The position numbers and the translations under genes are program-made. A stretch of DNA of 62,910 nt, counting the filler, from Octopus bimaculoides (lineage: Eukaryota), in assembly GCF_001194135.2 (NCBI RefSeq). It is 6 parts of 6 records of this genome, joined end to end, with 100 filler letters (N's around TTAATTAATTAA, not from the genome) between each part and the next. Parts side by side here need not be neighbours in the genome. Positions count along the whole stretch, not along the records: positions 34,895 to 45,454 come from NC_068990.1; positions 45,555 to 55,603 come from NC_069002.1; 4 more parts are not named here. The stretch is one strand, 5' to 3'. Shown here one piece after another: positions 35,657 through 49,030 of this stretch. How positions within the stretch are numbered: the first letter of the stretch is position 1; each line of letters starts with the position of its first letter. The notes under the pieces are model-generated. The model was not told where the DNA came from. It searched no databases and was given only the letters and a program-made list of their open reading frames with translations.

Positions 35657-35818
35657 ATGTGTGTGTGTGTATGTTTGTGCTTATGTCCCTGTAACTTAGT
35701 GGTTTGGCAAAAGAGACCAATAGAATAAGTACTCAGCTTACAAAGAATAAGTCCTAAAGGTGGTGCTCCATTAGGCCACAGTCAAATGACTGAAACAAGT
35801 AAAAGAGTAAAAGAGTAA
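35450..35818 (+). mobile_element. SINE family A, full length
   Basis: GGCGTAGGAGTGGCTGTGTGGTAAG..GGTTCAGTCCCACTGCGTGGCACCTTGGGCAAGT, microsatellite, GTAAAAGAGTAAAAGAG tail. Confidence 0.85.
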
Positions 35819-36001
35819 TAAAACAATATTACTGTACTTTATTTCAATGAATGAGTGTGTATACAGTACACCAACAATGTATGCCATTAACTCAGGTAAA
35901 ATACTTCCCACACAGCTTAACGCTTTCATTATTATATTTCTTTTGAAGCATATTGTTACAACACAACTCTATCTGTGCCCCTATAAGTGTATTTATATGT
36001 G

Positions 36002-37137
36002 TATAGGCATACCTCATCCTACATCATTAATTGATTCCAGGAGACACAAGTAACAAGTATCAGAGCAGAAGTCAAATAATGACTTAAGTCGAATTTACTT
36101 GTCTCTAGGCTAGGCTAGGCTGAATTTACTTGTCTCTAGGCTAAACCAATAATAACCATTCCCAGTTCTGTACTTTATTTATAAATGTGGTTTGCAATAA
36201 GACATGGTAAAATAGAAGCCATTTTTAAGCTTAAAAAACAAATTCAGCAATTATTATTATGTTGCAATAGTAAAAAAAAAACTAAATTATTCTAAATTAA
36301 CAAATACGTACATACAATTTGGTGGTTTACATCGCGGATGTAGATGGTTGTGGATCGTCAACATCAATAGCTGACTCTGGCTGTTCTTGTTGATTGATGC
36401 ATTCCCTAAGCTACATTACTTTATGGTGTGTATCTTAACATTTAGTGTACTAGTCGAGTTAACGATTCCTCATGAAGATAATATGGACGCCACGCGTGCT
36501 CGAAAGATGGACCGTAATGTAAACCTCCTCGAGAAATGTGAAGACGCAGGCTGGAAAGCGGAGCATTTTCCAATCGAAGTTGGATGCAGAGGGTTTGTAG
36601 GACACAGTGTAAGACAACTGCTGTTATCATTAGGCCTAACTCATTGTAAGGTAAATACCACCATGGCCAATATCCAAAATACAGTGGAGAAGGCTAGCCA
36701 CTGGATTTGGTTAAAAAGAGACGATGAGTGATGGCTGGAGAAATATTGAGCTTTGTTTTTAATAACCAGTTGATCTAGCAAGCGGGACCTCATATCAGTG
36801 AGGGGGGCCGGTGCGCATTGATGCCGTCGAGAGGTAGGCCCCGAAACGGCGCGCATTGGCTTCCGGTATGCAGAGTTCTCGACTGGTAGCACTTGCATGT
36901 GCAAATTGTTTGCATGACATATATGCTTTTATTCTTACTTATTGTACAGTAACATGATTTTATGAGCTTTTAAAGGTTTTCTAGTGATTTTACGATTCCA
37001 ATATTTGTGGCAGACAGGTGTAAAGTTGAGTAAAATGACTTAACTTGATTTTTATTTTTCCATATATTATTTTTGAAAACTGACCTATAATCAAGAACAA
37101 CTTCAATCAAAACGACTTAAGTCGAGGTATGCCTATA
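36002..37137 (-). mobile_element. pogo/Tigger-like internally deleted DNA transposon
   Basis: Perfect 14-bp inverted termini TATAGGCATACCTC (36002-36015 / 37124-37137), shared GACTTAAGTCG, and minus-strand DVDDPQPSTSAM* near 36320-36395. Confidence 0.55.
36440..36900 (+). mobile_element. HERO/R2-like RLE retroelement 3' end nested in the Tigger-like element
   Basis: LVELTIPHEDNMDATRARK...CEDAGWKAEHFPIEVGCRGFVG...VEKASHWIWLKR plus a GC-rich 3' UTR. Confidence 0.75.
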
Positions 37138-37736
37138 TTTATATGTGTATTGTGTCCCACCCACATGTAACAACAAACTTTTCACACTCCCTACCTCAAG
37201 AAACCAAACTACATCTCCTCTTCTAAACTGCATCATTCTCTTTCTCACATTTCCTCTCCCTAAACTATGGTTGTCTTTTAATCCTCTTCCTTGCCCTCAC
37301 TGTATTGCTGCTTTCCTTCACCCCATTTTTAGACCCAGTTTTTGCAATTCTTACTCCCTACTTGCACCATCTGGGTAATACCTGACCACATATTTTATGA
37401 CCTTTGAACCTCTCTCTTCCATATCCTACCATCACATCTATGCTCTGATACTTGTTACTTGTGAGTATACGCTGGCACTTCACCATCTCTCTCTTGCACT
37501 TTTGTTGTTTCTCTCTCTCTCTCTCTTTTTCCTTTGCTCTGCCCTCTGGATGGGTAGCCATATATCTCCTCTACAGCAACACACCTGTTTCTGCCCTCGA
37601 CTTGATCACTCGCTCTCTTCTTCTCTTGCTTTTCCCTCTGACTAGGTAACCAAGTATCTCCTTTATATCAACACAGCTGTTTCTGTTCTCTTTCTTGTAC
37701 CTCTCTCTCCTCTTTCTTTCTTTCTTTCTTTCTCTT

Positions 37737-37768
<32 letters not shown>

Positions 37769-38004
37769 ACTAGGTAACCATTTACCTCTCTGTTCTCTGT
37801 CACACTCTAACTTTGCATCATCTGACACCAGATCACCTCCTCCAACGCCCTCTCCATTATAGCAAGACACCTATTTCTGCCTCTCTGTCTCTTGGTCACA
37901 TTCTAACCATTTATCCTTTGACACAAGTTTCCTCCTCAAAAGCCCCTGCCCCTCTCAAAATTTCTTGTCTTGCGAGTTACTTGGTGACCCTACTAGTGCT
38001 GATG

Positions 38005-38292
38005 CCACATTAAAAGTATCCAGTCCACACTGTAAAGTGGTTGGCATTTGGAAGGACATCCAGCTGTAAAAATCATGCCAAAACCAACTTCATCTGTGCT
38101 AGTGCCATGTAAAAAGCACTCAGTCCATTCTGCAGAGTGGTTGGTATTAGGAAGGGCATCCAGCCATAAAAACCCCACCAAAACAAACACAGTAGCCTGG
38201 GGTAGTTTTCTACCTGACTGGCTCTTGTCTACTGTCCTACACATGCATGCATGGAAGACAGATGTTAAATAATGATGATGATGATGATGATT
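38005..38292 (+). mobile_element. Family C SINE-like repeat, CpG-decayed
   Basis: CCATGTAAAAAGCAC...GGAAGGGCATCCAGCC...GACAGATGTTAAATAATGATGATG. Confidence 0.75.
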
Positions 38293-41200
38293 GTATGCTT
38301 TAGCATCAATGATGTAGCTGGATACAGATTAAGAAACAGCTATCAACAAATGTTGTTGATATTTCATCACATATAAGGCAGTAAACTGGCAGAACAGTTC
38401 GCATGCCAGACAAAATACTTTACAGCATTTCATCCTTTGTCTTAATTAAGTTAGAAAATAATGAAATATTTAGTAAAATAAATATCATACTAAGTTGGTG
38501 TTTCAAATATAATTTAAGATTAAATACTGAAAGAAGATTTTAAAATCTAAATCCCTTTAAAACAGGAATTTTGTGTCATTGGACCAAAGGCAGACTCAGG
38601 TGTATTGTTGACAAAAAGGTTAGATTACCTAGATTGCATATATTAACCATTTAATTATGTATGTATATATGCAATCAATATGTATGTACTAGCTGCCAGG
38701 AATACGTTTAATATGTAAATTGGTCTATCCATTAGTGTTATACCACTAAACTTAGTGGCTATTTAAGCAATGGGTTGGATGTGGTGCTGAAGAAGGAGCA
38801 ATAACTCCTGAAGTATGCATATACATCCATTACCTAGTCTTCTATCTTCAATCACATTGTTTAGATAGACATACTTGTATAAGAAACGTCATAACTTTCA
38901 GTGCTGGTGTGAAATTCTAAAGAATATCTGTAAAGATTGTAGTGAGACCAATTTCTATTATAGCATATTGGAGGCAATCAGCCTTTTATAGGCTCAGCAC
39001 ATTAAACTGTGATTGATCGTTTTACCTATCATGTGAGTTTTGAACATTGGTTGAGTCCTGTGCTGTGATTGGTTGAGTATTGCATAGGATTTGGATCAAA
39101 GGTCCAATCACATTGCATGTAATACATTCTGAAACAACTAATCACTATGTTCTTTGGAGCCTACTTTTTCCATAAATTCATGAAGCAAATTTTTTATACT
39201 GGAGACATAAACACAAGTTATGCTGATTTCCTGCTGTTATTCACCAGAGAAAAATTGATATAATGGAGCACATGTAACCAATGACAACCCAAGCTGAATT
39301 ATCCAAACAATGGACGAACTAGAACCATCAGATTTTGTGCTGTTCCTTACTTGATCCACTTCCCACTTTATGGAGGAATTAAGTCTCGCTGTTATTTTAC
39401 ACTTTATTTCTTTCGTTACTTCCGTGAGTGAACATCCAAAATATATTATATAATGGTAAACAAGATTACAGAGTAAAACCAAGGGAAGCTTGAAACTCAC
39501 CACAAAAAGATAACTAAAAATATGTATGAAAGTGATTGTATGCAAGTATATTATTGGAAGGCAGGCATGTCTTTATCCATGTAAGAACACATTTTTGTTC
39601 TTTAAAATCTTCCAATAAAGAAGGGGCTAATTTCTAACTAAAGTGCAATGTTCAATCACTGGAATTTAGATGAAAAAAAATTAACCATTAACAGTTACAT
39701 AAGAAAGTATATTGGAAAAATTGTTTGAGTGTGGGATAATGTGTCTCATGATATTTATTCTAGGTGTCTGCATTTCCAGTTCAAATCCCACTAAATTCAA
39801 CTTTGCATTCCATTCTTTCAGAGTGAAAAAAAACTACCAATCTTGAGAGTAGATTGGTGGGAGTGACAGGTTAAGCAAGATGCCTTACAGCAGGAGACTC
39901 CAACCACCAAGCTACAGACCAGTACCAGGCCATGGATTATTTCACACCAGACCACATAGAGAAGAATAAATTATAAAATTTTATTTCTATTTTACTAACT
40001 ATCACAGTCTGCAAAGGTGTTTTTGAATTATATATGTATTATATATGTAATAATTAAACTATTTTGCCTTTTATTGTTTTGTTAGGCATGTGATACACAC
40101 AGTCTGTAGAAGAATTGTCTTGCATGAAACCAGTCTGCAGTGCAAAAAATGTTGAGGGCCACTGTCTTTCAGTATTTGTTCCAGTTCTTTGTAATTCTGA
40201 CAGCAATGCCTGCAGTGAGACTGATGTCAAGTTGTAACAGGCCAAGTCAGTGACCTTTCCCTTAAACTAACATTAATGACATGGAGAGTAATGATTTACA
40301 TGCATGAGCAACAGCTAGTTTTCCTAAAAAAATCTTGCCTTGCTTGCACATACATGTTCAACATTGACCAACAGTGGCCAAGGATCATTTAGAAGGAAAT
40401 GTTTACACCTGCTGAGCAGTAGACTTATACCTCATCGCATAAGCCTATGTTGATTAATGTTGCAGCGACAAGCTCTTATTGAATAACATTTATGATGAAA
40501 GTTTTTCTAACTACGACCACCCTATCTTTTGGGGGCAATCCAGGTTACATTATTATTTTATGTCCTTTTCAAAATAAAAGTGTGTTAGGGCCTTACCTTT
40601 TAGCATTTAAACTGGCCATATCTGACCCAAATATTCTACCTGTTTTACGGTCAAACCGGCCAGATCCAGTGTCTCATATCTACCCAAAAATATCTTTCTA
40701 AAAATAAACAATGACATCATCAAAATCTCAGAATTATGATAATATATGATTAATTCAAAACAATGTGAATAAATAAGAATTATATTTAACAGAGTAGTCT
40801 GAATGCTAAAGGGTTGAGGAAGATTTTACTGTTATAAGGTATAACAGTCAAATGACCTGATAGAAGCTCCTTCATTAATTTGATATCAAGTCTGTAGTGC
40901 TTGTAATTGGCAGGAGTTTTAACTAGAACATTCCATTAATATTCCTTATACACTCAATTATGCCTGCAAGTATATAGCTGTGTTAACCACTCTACTGGAA
41001 TAAATGTGACTTCATCTACAATGTACACCACCCACTCAGTGAATTCAATCAGAATAGATAGCAGATACCAGTTAGGTAAAAAGTTGTCGTTTATTCTCTT
41101 CCATTCTAGATATAAATTACAGTATGACAAATAAAAATCTTGAGATAAATTACCAAAATCCGTGAAACTATTTGATTTACTAACAGCCATCCCCTGCCAT

Positions 41201-42139
41201 CTCCTGGAGAACATGAAAAAAAAAAAAGGTACAACAATTGACATCAAACAGAGTAATTAAATATCAAAGATGTAATTATGTAAAGACATATCAAGACTTC
41301 TCTGTGAATTCTGTGTTTGCTGCAAAATGGGCCTCGTTTGCTTGCACAGTGATAAATGATGCAATGTGATTATGGCAAGCTGTGTCTGTTGTTGTAGCTA
41401 TCAGTGGAGACTTTCACCTAATTGTTTTAATATATATATATATATATANNNNNNNNNNNNNNNNNNNNNNNNNNNNNNNNNNNNNNNNNNNNNNNNNNNN
41501 NNNNNNNNNNNNNNNNNNNNNNNNNNNNNNNNNNNNNNNNNNNNNNNNNNNNNNNNNNNNNNNNNNNNNNNNNNNNNNNNNNNNNNNNNNNNNNNNNNNN
41601 NNNNNNNNNNNNNNNNNNNNNNNNNNNNNNNNNNNNNNNNNNNNNNNNNNNNNNNNNNNNNNNNNNNNNNNNNNNNNNNNNNNNNNNNNNNNNNNNNNNN
41701 NNNNNNNNNNNNNNNNNNNNNNNNNNNNNNNNNNNNNNNNNNNNNNNNNNNNNNNNNNNNNNNNNNNNNNNNNNNNNNNNNNNNNNNNNNNNNNNNNNNN
41801 NNNNNNNNNNNNNNNNNNNNNNNNNNNNNNNNNNNNNNNNNNNNNNNNNNNNNNNNNNNNNNNNNNNNNNNNNNNNNNNNNNNNNNNNNNNNNNNNNNNN
41901 NNNNNNNNNNNNNNNNNNNNNNNNNNNNNNNNNNNNNNNNNNNNNNNNNNNNNNNNNNNNNNNNNNNNNNNNNNNNNNNNNNNNNNNNNNNNNNNNNNNN
42001 NNNNNNNNNNNNNNNNNNNNNNNNNNNNNNNNNNNNNNNNNNNNNNNNTATATATATATATTTGTATGTATGTATATATATATATACATATGTATATATG
42101 TATTTATATGTGTATGTATATATATCCTTTATCATATTT

Positions 42140-42510
42140 TACCTGTTTCAATCATTAGACTGTGGCCATGCTGGGGCACTACCTTGAATTTTTAGTCGAA
42201 TGAATCCACCCCAGTACTTATCTTTTAAGCCTGGCACTTATTCTATCGGTCTCTTTTGCTGAACTGCTAATTTACAGGAATATAAACACACCAACACCAG
42301 TTGTCAAGAGGTGATAGGTAGGGAGAAACAGACACATACACATAGAGATTCATACATATATATATACGACAGGCTTCTTTCAGTTTCTGTCTACCAAATC
42401 CACTCACAAGGCTTTGTAGGAGACACTTGCCCAAGTGTCTTTTACATGTGGTTCTGAACCCAGAACCACGTGGTTGAGAAGCAAGCTTCTTAGTACACAA
42501 CCACTCCTGT
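42140..42510 (-). mobile_element. SINE family A
   Basis: Reverse complement of head, microsatellite and tail. Confidence 0.75.
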
Positions 42511-42569
42511 GCCTATATATATGTATATATACACAGACATATACTTGTGTACACACACATACATCTATA

Positions 42570-42639
<70 letters not shown>

Positions 42640-42773
42640 TATAGATGTATGTGTGTGTATACAAGTATATGTCTGTGTATATATACATATGTAAGGATAT
42701 CATTGTTGTTATTATCATCAATTAAAGTCCATCCTCCATGTTGGCATGGGTTGGACAGTTTGACAGGAGCTGA

Positions 42774-42936
42774 CTAGAAGAATGGACAAAAATTCCTTTG
42801 GAATCAATTCAAACTTTGTATGAGTCCATACCTCATAGAATTCAAGTTGTAATTACTGCCAAAGGCAGTCCTACTCCATATTAAAATAAATTTATTTGAA
42901 ATTTTATGGTGTTTCCATTATTTTGTCCAACCCCTG
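42774..42936 (+). mobile_element. Tc1-like transposon 3' end with right TIR
   Basis: LEEWTKIPLESIQTLYESIPHRIQVVITAKGSPTPY*, then ...TGTCCAACCCCTG|TA. Confidence 0.85.
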
Positions 42937-43549
42937 TATATATCTTATTAATATTCTTAAATCTCATATATTTTTACCTTTTTTGTGCATTTATATATGT
43001 ATATATATGTGTGTGTGTGATACCTTATTATCAAATTTAACAATGACCAAGACCAAAAAAATGCTAGAAAAACACTTTGTTACACATACACACACACACA
43101 CACATTTGTATGTATATTTGTATATATGTATGTATGCATGTATGTATGTAGTAAGAAAAGAACTGTGTGTACATCAGATTCAAATCCAGTTTTATGTTTT
43201 TACATGTATGCACAATGGAAAGATAAAGTGGCAAAATAAAGACAACTGGATTTGTATCAGTTATGCAAGAGATTGACAAAATGTCTCTAAAGGAATTTCC
43301 AGACCTTGCAATACCATCTAACTTGGTATGTAGCTCAAACTCTATAACCATATCATTATACCTGGTATTTGACATGCATCATGGCTTTTAGCCCAGTATT
43401 ACACAATGCAACCAGCTTTGAAGTTATACATGCAAAGGTTACTTATTTCTTTCATGTCTCATTTAAATGAAATGCTAACATGCCACTAACCATACACACA
43501 CACATACATTTGCACATGTGCATATGTACGCATTTTTCAATGGTTGACG

Positions 43550-43940
43550 AAGTGGGAAACCCAAGAAGATGTGAGACAAAGTACTGAAGAATAACCTCAT
43601 AACACTGAATTTTTCAGGCAAGATGGCAAAGGACTTCACAGCAGAAATGTTGAGGTTGGTCCCCACCTGGTGAAGAGGATTGGCTCACAAGAGTCCTGTG
43701 CTGCTGCCACGTAAAAAGCACTCATGCCAGTACCATATAGAAGCACTCATGTTGTGCCACATAAAAACACCTTGCACACTTTGTAAAGTGGTTGCTGTTA
43801 AGAAGGGCATCCAGCAGTAGAAACCATGCCAAATCAGACTGGAGCTTGGGGCAGCTCTCTGGTTTACCAGTTCCAGTCAAACCATCCAATCCATACCAGC
43901 ATGGACAACAGATGTTAAATGATGATGATTATGATGATAA
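43550..43940 (+). mobile_element. RTE C-terminal remnant continuous with the family C tail
   Basis: GKPKKM*DKVLKNNLITLNFSGKMAKD followed by CCACGTAAAAAGCAC...GGGCATCCAGC...(GAT)n. Confidence 0.65.
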
Positions 43941-44169
43941 TGATATACTTTTTCGCATGAAAAAATAGCTTATTTTTTTAATTAAATGTTCTCATGCCAC
44001 TATAAAGCATGTCCCATAAATTTATGTATTGGCACGGGCTTGGCTATGTAGTTAGGAAGCTTACTTTGAACCCATGTGGTTATGAGTTCCGTTCTCCTGT
44101 GTAACACCTTGGATAAGTGTTTTCTACTATAGCCGTAGGTCAACTAATGCTTTGTAAGTGGATTTGATA

Positions 44170-44605
44170 GGCAGCCCCAGCCCATTCAAAGTACCTTGGA
44201 TCGTAGGACGACCTGCATGAGGAGACCTATTGAGTCAAGTACATCAACATCAAAATAAAAATTAAATGAAAATTGTAGTTGTGATACCTAGGCTGGTGGC
44301 ACGTAAAAAGCACCATCCAAACGTGACCGATGCCAGTGCCACCTTGACTGGCGTCCATGCCGGTGGTACATAAAAACCACCAACCGATTGTGGCCATTGC
44401 CAGCCTCCTCTGGCCCCTGTGCTAGTGGCACATAAAAAGCATTCACTACACTCTCGGAGTGGTTGGTGTTAGGAAGGGCATCCAGCTGTAGAAATACTGC
44501 CAGACTGGAGCCTGGTGCAGCCTCCTGGCTTCCCAGACCCTTGTCGAACAGTCTAACCTATGCTAGTATGGAAAACGGATGTTAAATGATGACGCTGATG
44601 ATGAT
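44170..44605 (+). mobile_element. Family C SINE-like repeat
   Basis: GCACGTAAAAAGCACC subrepeats, GGAAGGGCATCCAGCTGTAGAAA, (GAT)n tail. Confidence 0.75.
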
Positions 44606-44618
44606 GATATATATATCG

Positions 44619-44839
44619 AAATTGAGGGAATGGAGCAGGTAAAATCCAACCTACATATGTTTCATAGCTAGCAGATCCTCTGATGTAATAATTACCCAAC
44701 GAAGGGTACTCAGCTAGCTACTCATCAGACCAAAGAGTGGCTAGCTGAGCACCCTTCATTGAATAATTATTACATCAGAAGATCTGCTAGCTACGAAACA
44801 TATGTAGGCTGGATTTCATGTGTTCCACTCCGTCAATTT
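44619..44839. repeat. ~220-bp palindrome (82-bp core arms, 11-nt loop)
   Basis: 44642-44723 is the reverse complement of 44735-44816 with 8 mismatches; a weaker ~22-bp extension lies outside. Confidence 0.9.
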
Positions 44840-45398
44840 GAATTTTTATTTGCATTCATAGCAACTCTAGCTGCTAATTATATACTATACATAAATTTTT
44901 TCAGGTTATTGAACTTTGATATGAGAAAAGCCAACAACCTTCAACACCAATAAATTATTATTGTTCCTGAATGTTTTTTTTAAGCTTACCAGGGACTGCT
45001 CGAAGCTTACAAACCTCCTACACAAGTTAGATCCTTGGATCTTGAAATTACATATCAAATATATATATATATTTTAAGTATGTTATAGAAAGTATGGGTT
45101 ATTTACGGAGTACTCATAGAGAGCCAATGTGAAAAACTATAGAGGTGAGGAAAGTGAAAACGCAAATCATAGGCAGTTAAACAGATTCTCAAATGCATAA
45201 ATGAAGATATTCAATCAATGTAATTGAATCATATATATTTATACACATCAACATAAATCATAAATGTACAGGTGTAAAGATTCTCCAAGTGTATAAAGAA
45301 TAAAACCAAACATATGTAAAAATATAGAAGAAATATAAAAACATAAAAATACATATAAAATTACAGAGAAATAGAGATTCCATGTAAAGAGTTATGCA

Positions 45399-45440
<42 letters not shown>

Positions 45441-45665
45441 TATTATATATATTANNNNNNNNNNNNNNNNNNNNNNNNNNNNNNNNNNNNNNNNNNNNTT
45501 AATTAATTAANNNNNNNNNNNNNNNNNNNNNNNNNNNNNNNNNNNNNNNNNNNNTATATATATATATATATATATGGTATTTTTATATAAGCTTAAAGCT
45601 TATGGCGATCCCTGTGCAATGACTAATGAAAATAGTCTAATAAAGGGGCATATAAGCCCCTTTGT

Positions 45666-45703
<38 letters not shown>

Positions 45704-46482
45704 ATACATGCATGAGTGTCTGTGTCTGCGTGCGTGTGCATGTTTGGATGTATGTGTGTGTGTTTATGTGCGTTTATGTGGGTGCGTATTTGTGTTTGCG
45801 TGTGTGTGTGTGTATGTGTGTGTCTGTTTGCGCGCGCGCGTGTGAGTGTGTATTTGTCTCTACGTTTTTGTCCATATACATATGTATACAAATGTCTTCT
45901 TATGGCGTCTCTCCTACAGTCTCTGCGAAATATGTATCACCTGTTAATGTATGTAATTAATTTTTCACCAACACCGCAAACAGTTTGGAATTCCGCTTTT
46001 AAGACGAGGCTTGCGCATTATAGCTTTTAGTTTTAGTATGTGATGGATTTTGACATTAATCAAACTGTGTACGGCAGAAGGAATTATTCCAAAGTAGTTT
46101 GTCAAACTATAATGTTCTCGCGCGTCCTGTAGATATAGAGATATACAGAGCAATGGCGGCAGGTCTTGACAGGTTTTAAATCTTAGTTAAAATAGCGAAA
46201 TGACGTGGAAGCGATTTTGAATACGTGTGGCACAAATTCAAAGTCAGTAATTACAATATATATAGATTGAAACTTAGCTGTTTGCCATGATTCTAACAAC
46301 TTCTTGCACAAACACAGATTGAAAACGTAGCAAATCTGTATTCTAATCTATATAAATTTTTCCACTTATCATCAGCTGGTAGCTTAAGCAGCTTGCTACA
46401 GAATTTAGTATTACCTACTCTGGACTCTGTGTTAATTAAATGTCTATGTTCTAAAAGCTAGGTAGCTTATTAGTAAACGCTT

Positions 46483-46534
<52 letters not shown>

Positions 46535-46759
46535 TATACAAACACACACACACACACACACACATACACACACACACATACACACACACACACATATATA
46601 TATATANNNNNNNNNNNNNNNNNNNNNNNNNNNNNNNNNNNNNNNNNNNNNNNNNNNNNNNNNNNNNNNNNNNNNNNNNNNNNNNNNNNNNNNNNNNNNN
46701 NNNNNNNNNNNNNNNNNNNNNNNNNNNNNNNNNNNNNNNNNNNNNNNNTACATATACGC

Positions 46760-46970
46760 GTGGGAGTGGCTGTGTGGTAAGTAGCTTGCTTACCAACCAC
46801 ATGGATCCGGGTTCAGTCCTACAGCGTGATACCTTGTGTTAGCATCTTCTACTATACCCTGGGGCCAACCAAAGCCTTGTGAGTGGATTTGGTAGACGGA
46901 AACTGAAAAAAGCCCGTCGTATATATACATGTGTGTGTGTGTGTGTGTGTGCGTGTGTGTGTGTGTATGT
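46760..46970 (+). mobile_element. SINE family A head plus microsatellite
   Basis: GGAGTGGCTGTGTGGTAAGTAGCTTG...GGTTCAGTCC...GAAACTGAAAAAAGCCCGTCG(TA)(TG)n. Confidence 0.8.
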
Positions 46971-47962
46971 GGAAACAGATTTTCTTGAGTCCTAGAACTC
47001 AAAAAGTCGGTAATAGAACATCATGGCGTATAAGTTACAGATATCACAACACATCCTTGAAAGGGGCACCGGTTCGCTGCAAAGTTCCAGGGAGGATATT
47101 TTGATCGCAAGAGGCAATATGATTATCCCTACTCCAGTGTTTGACTGGTATACTGGTTTACCGAACCTGGATGGGGTTAATGGCAAATGTAATGGCGGGA
47201 TTTGAACTGAGAACGTAAAAAGCCAAACGAAAGAAATGTCACTGAGCGATCCTGCCAACTCACCACCTTATGCATATGTATATGTATCTCTATTGTGTGG
47301 GTGTGTATTTGTGTGCGTGAGCGCGTGAGCGCGTGAGCGAGTATTTATTTGTTGTGTTGCATACCAACGGTAGTTCTACTGATCAGACTTAAACATTGGG
47401 CTTAAGCCCAATCTATAGATTGGATCTGTAATAAAATTACATTTGACTCCTAATTCAATTTCCTTTCCATTTATAACTTCTCTCTGAGGTTTCAAAGATA
47501 ATTCTTGTAAATCACCATGGGATTATTTATCTTAATAATATCAAATTATTATCGAACGCAAGATTTACTAAACCAGGAAAAATGAAATAAAACTTAATAA
47601 AGCCCTTCCTCTATTATATACTTGCTTCCGGGCATTATCTTGAGTTAAAGTTATTAACCTTAGGCTGTCTTGGTGGCCTTAATGTTTCGGGTACTGCACT
47701 CACGATCATGAGGTCGTAGTTTCAATTCCCGGACCGGTTGATGTGTTGCGTTTTTGAGTAAAACGGTTCATTTCATGTTGCCCTAAGTTCACTCGGATAT
47801 AAAGGAGTGTCTCAGCAGCGGACAGGTTTTCTCATTCAGGTGGTGTGATCTCTATTCCTTATACATTGTAGAAGCTAGGTATTTAGCCATGTGAGTTTTA
47901 TGGTTCAAGACTCAAGACATTAATGTGCAGGTGCTTGATGATAAAGATTTATCTTAACGGTG

Positions 47963-48183
47963 TTCGCAAGCCAAGAGGAGGTCGAAACTGACATCGCAGA
48001 GTTCTTTGCTTTGAAACAAAAAGAGTTTTACATTAATGGGATTAAAAAGCTCATAAGTAGATGGAAGGAAGTCATAGATAATCAGGGAAATTACATTGAT
48101 GATTAACTTTCAATTAAATATAACATTTGATCACTTGTTTTCTTTATTCAAAATTCGGACAGAACTTATGGGATGACCTGATA
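47963..48183 (+). mobile_element. mariner transposase C-terminus and right TIR
   Basis: FASQEEVETDIAEFFALKQKEFYINGIKKLISRWKEVIDNQGNYIDD* (stop at 48104-48106), then GAACTTATGGGATGACCTGA|TA. Confidence 0.85.
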
Positions 48184-48989
48184 ATCCAATAGCTTCGTTG
48201 CTTGAACTGCTTCTCTCTGGGACTCGACTTGTTTCCTCTGGTTCCTTATGTTTTCTGTTGATCAACATTTTTTAAAAAATTTGTTGGCCACTTCTATTGC
48301 TTCTTTTTTCCCCCTCTGACACAAAAGCAGTTTCAGGCCTTGTTTGGATCGTCAAACAAAAGAACTAATATAATACTCACTACCTTCCAAACTATATATT
48401 TGTCCTTGTAGTCCATCACATTGTGTGCTAATTAAATCGTTATAGTGTTGACAACATAAATATTTAATAATAACGATAATAATAAACAATTATCAGGGCA
48501 CTTCACAACACTCGCCCTTTATCTCTCAGTCCATATATATGTACATGCGTGAGCCAATGCTTGTATGTGTATACACACATGTGCTTTTGTGTTACTCTAT
48601 GAGTATGTGTGTCTGTGTGTGTGCGCGCATGTAAATGTATGTATATGCTTGTATATATATATTTGTGTGCTCCGTTAGAAGTCTCTCCAACGATCGTTTC
48701 TTCTTCTGGTCGTCGCTGGGTGTGGTTTGCTACTAACAATTATTGCCTACTTTGCGTAAATGTTTTTTAGAAAGTCACCAGGAGATATTAAGCTAGGTGT
48801 AAGTAATAAATATAAAGGAAGCCTATATTATTTATAAATGTGTTCAACAATAAATGAAAAGAGAAAGTCGAAAACTATTTAGCGTTAATCATATTTGCTA
48901 TAGAATCATTATGGCTTCATTATTCGTTATTGTAAAAAATTTCAAACAAACGCTATATGTTTGTGTGTGTGTGTGAGCTACATACATGC

Positions 48990-49030
<41 letters not shown>

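Noticed and set aside
39237-39545. Minus-strand ORF with a GTAAGG donor near 39345
   Set aside because: No suitable acceptor, and the phase is incompatible with the other candidate exons.
48665-48720. Minus-strand CCAGAAGAAG...GACTTCTAACG, a Penelope-end-like motif
   Set aside because: Both core boxes are mutated and no helices can be assigned; too degenerate to call.
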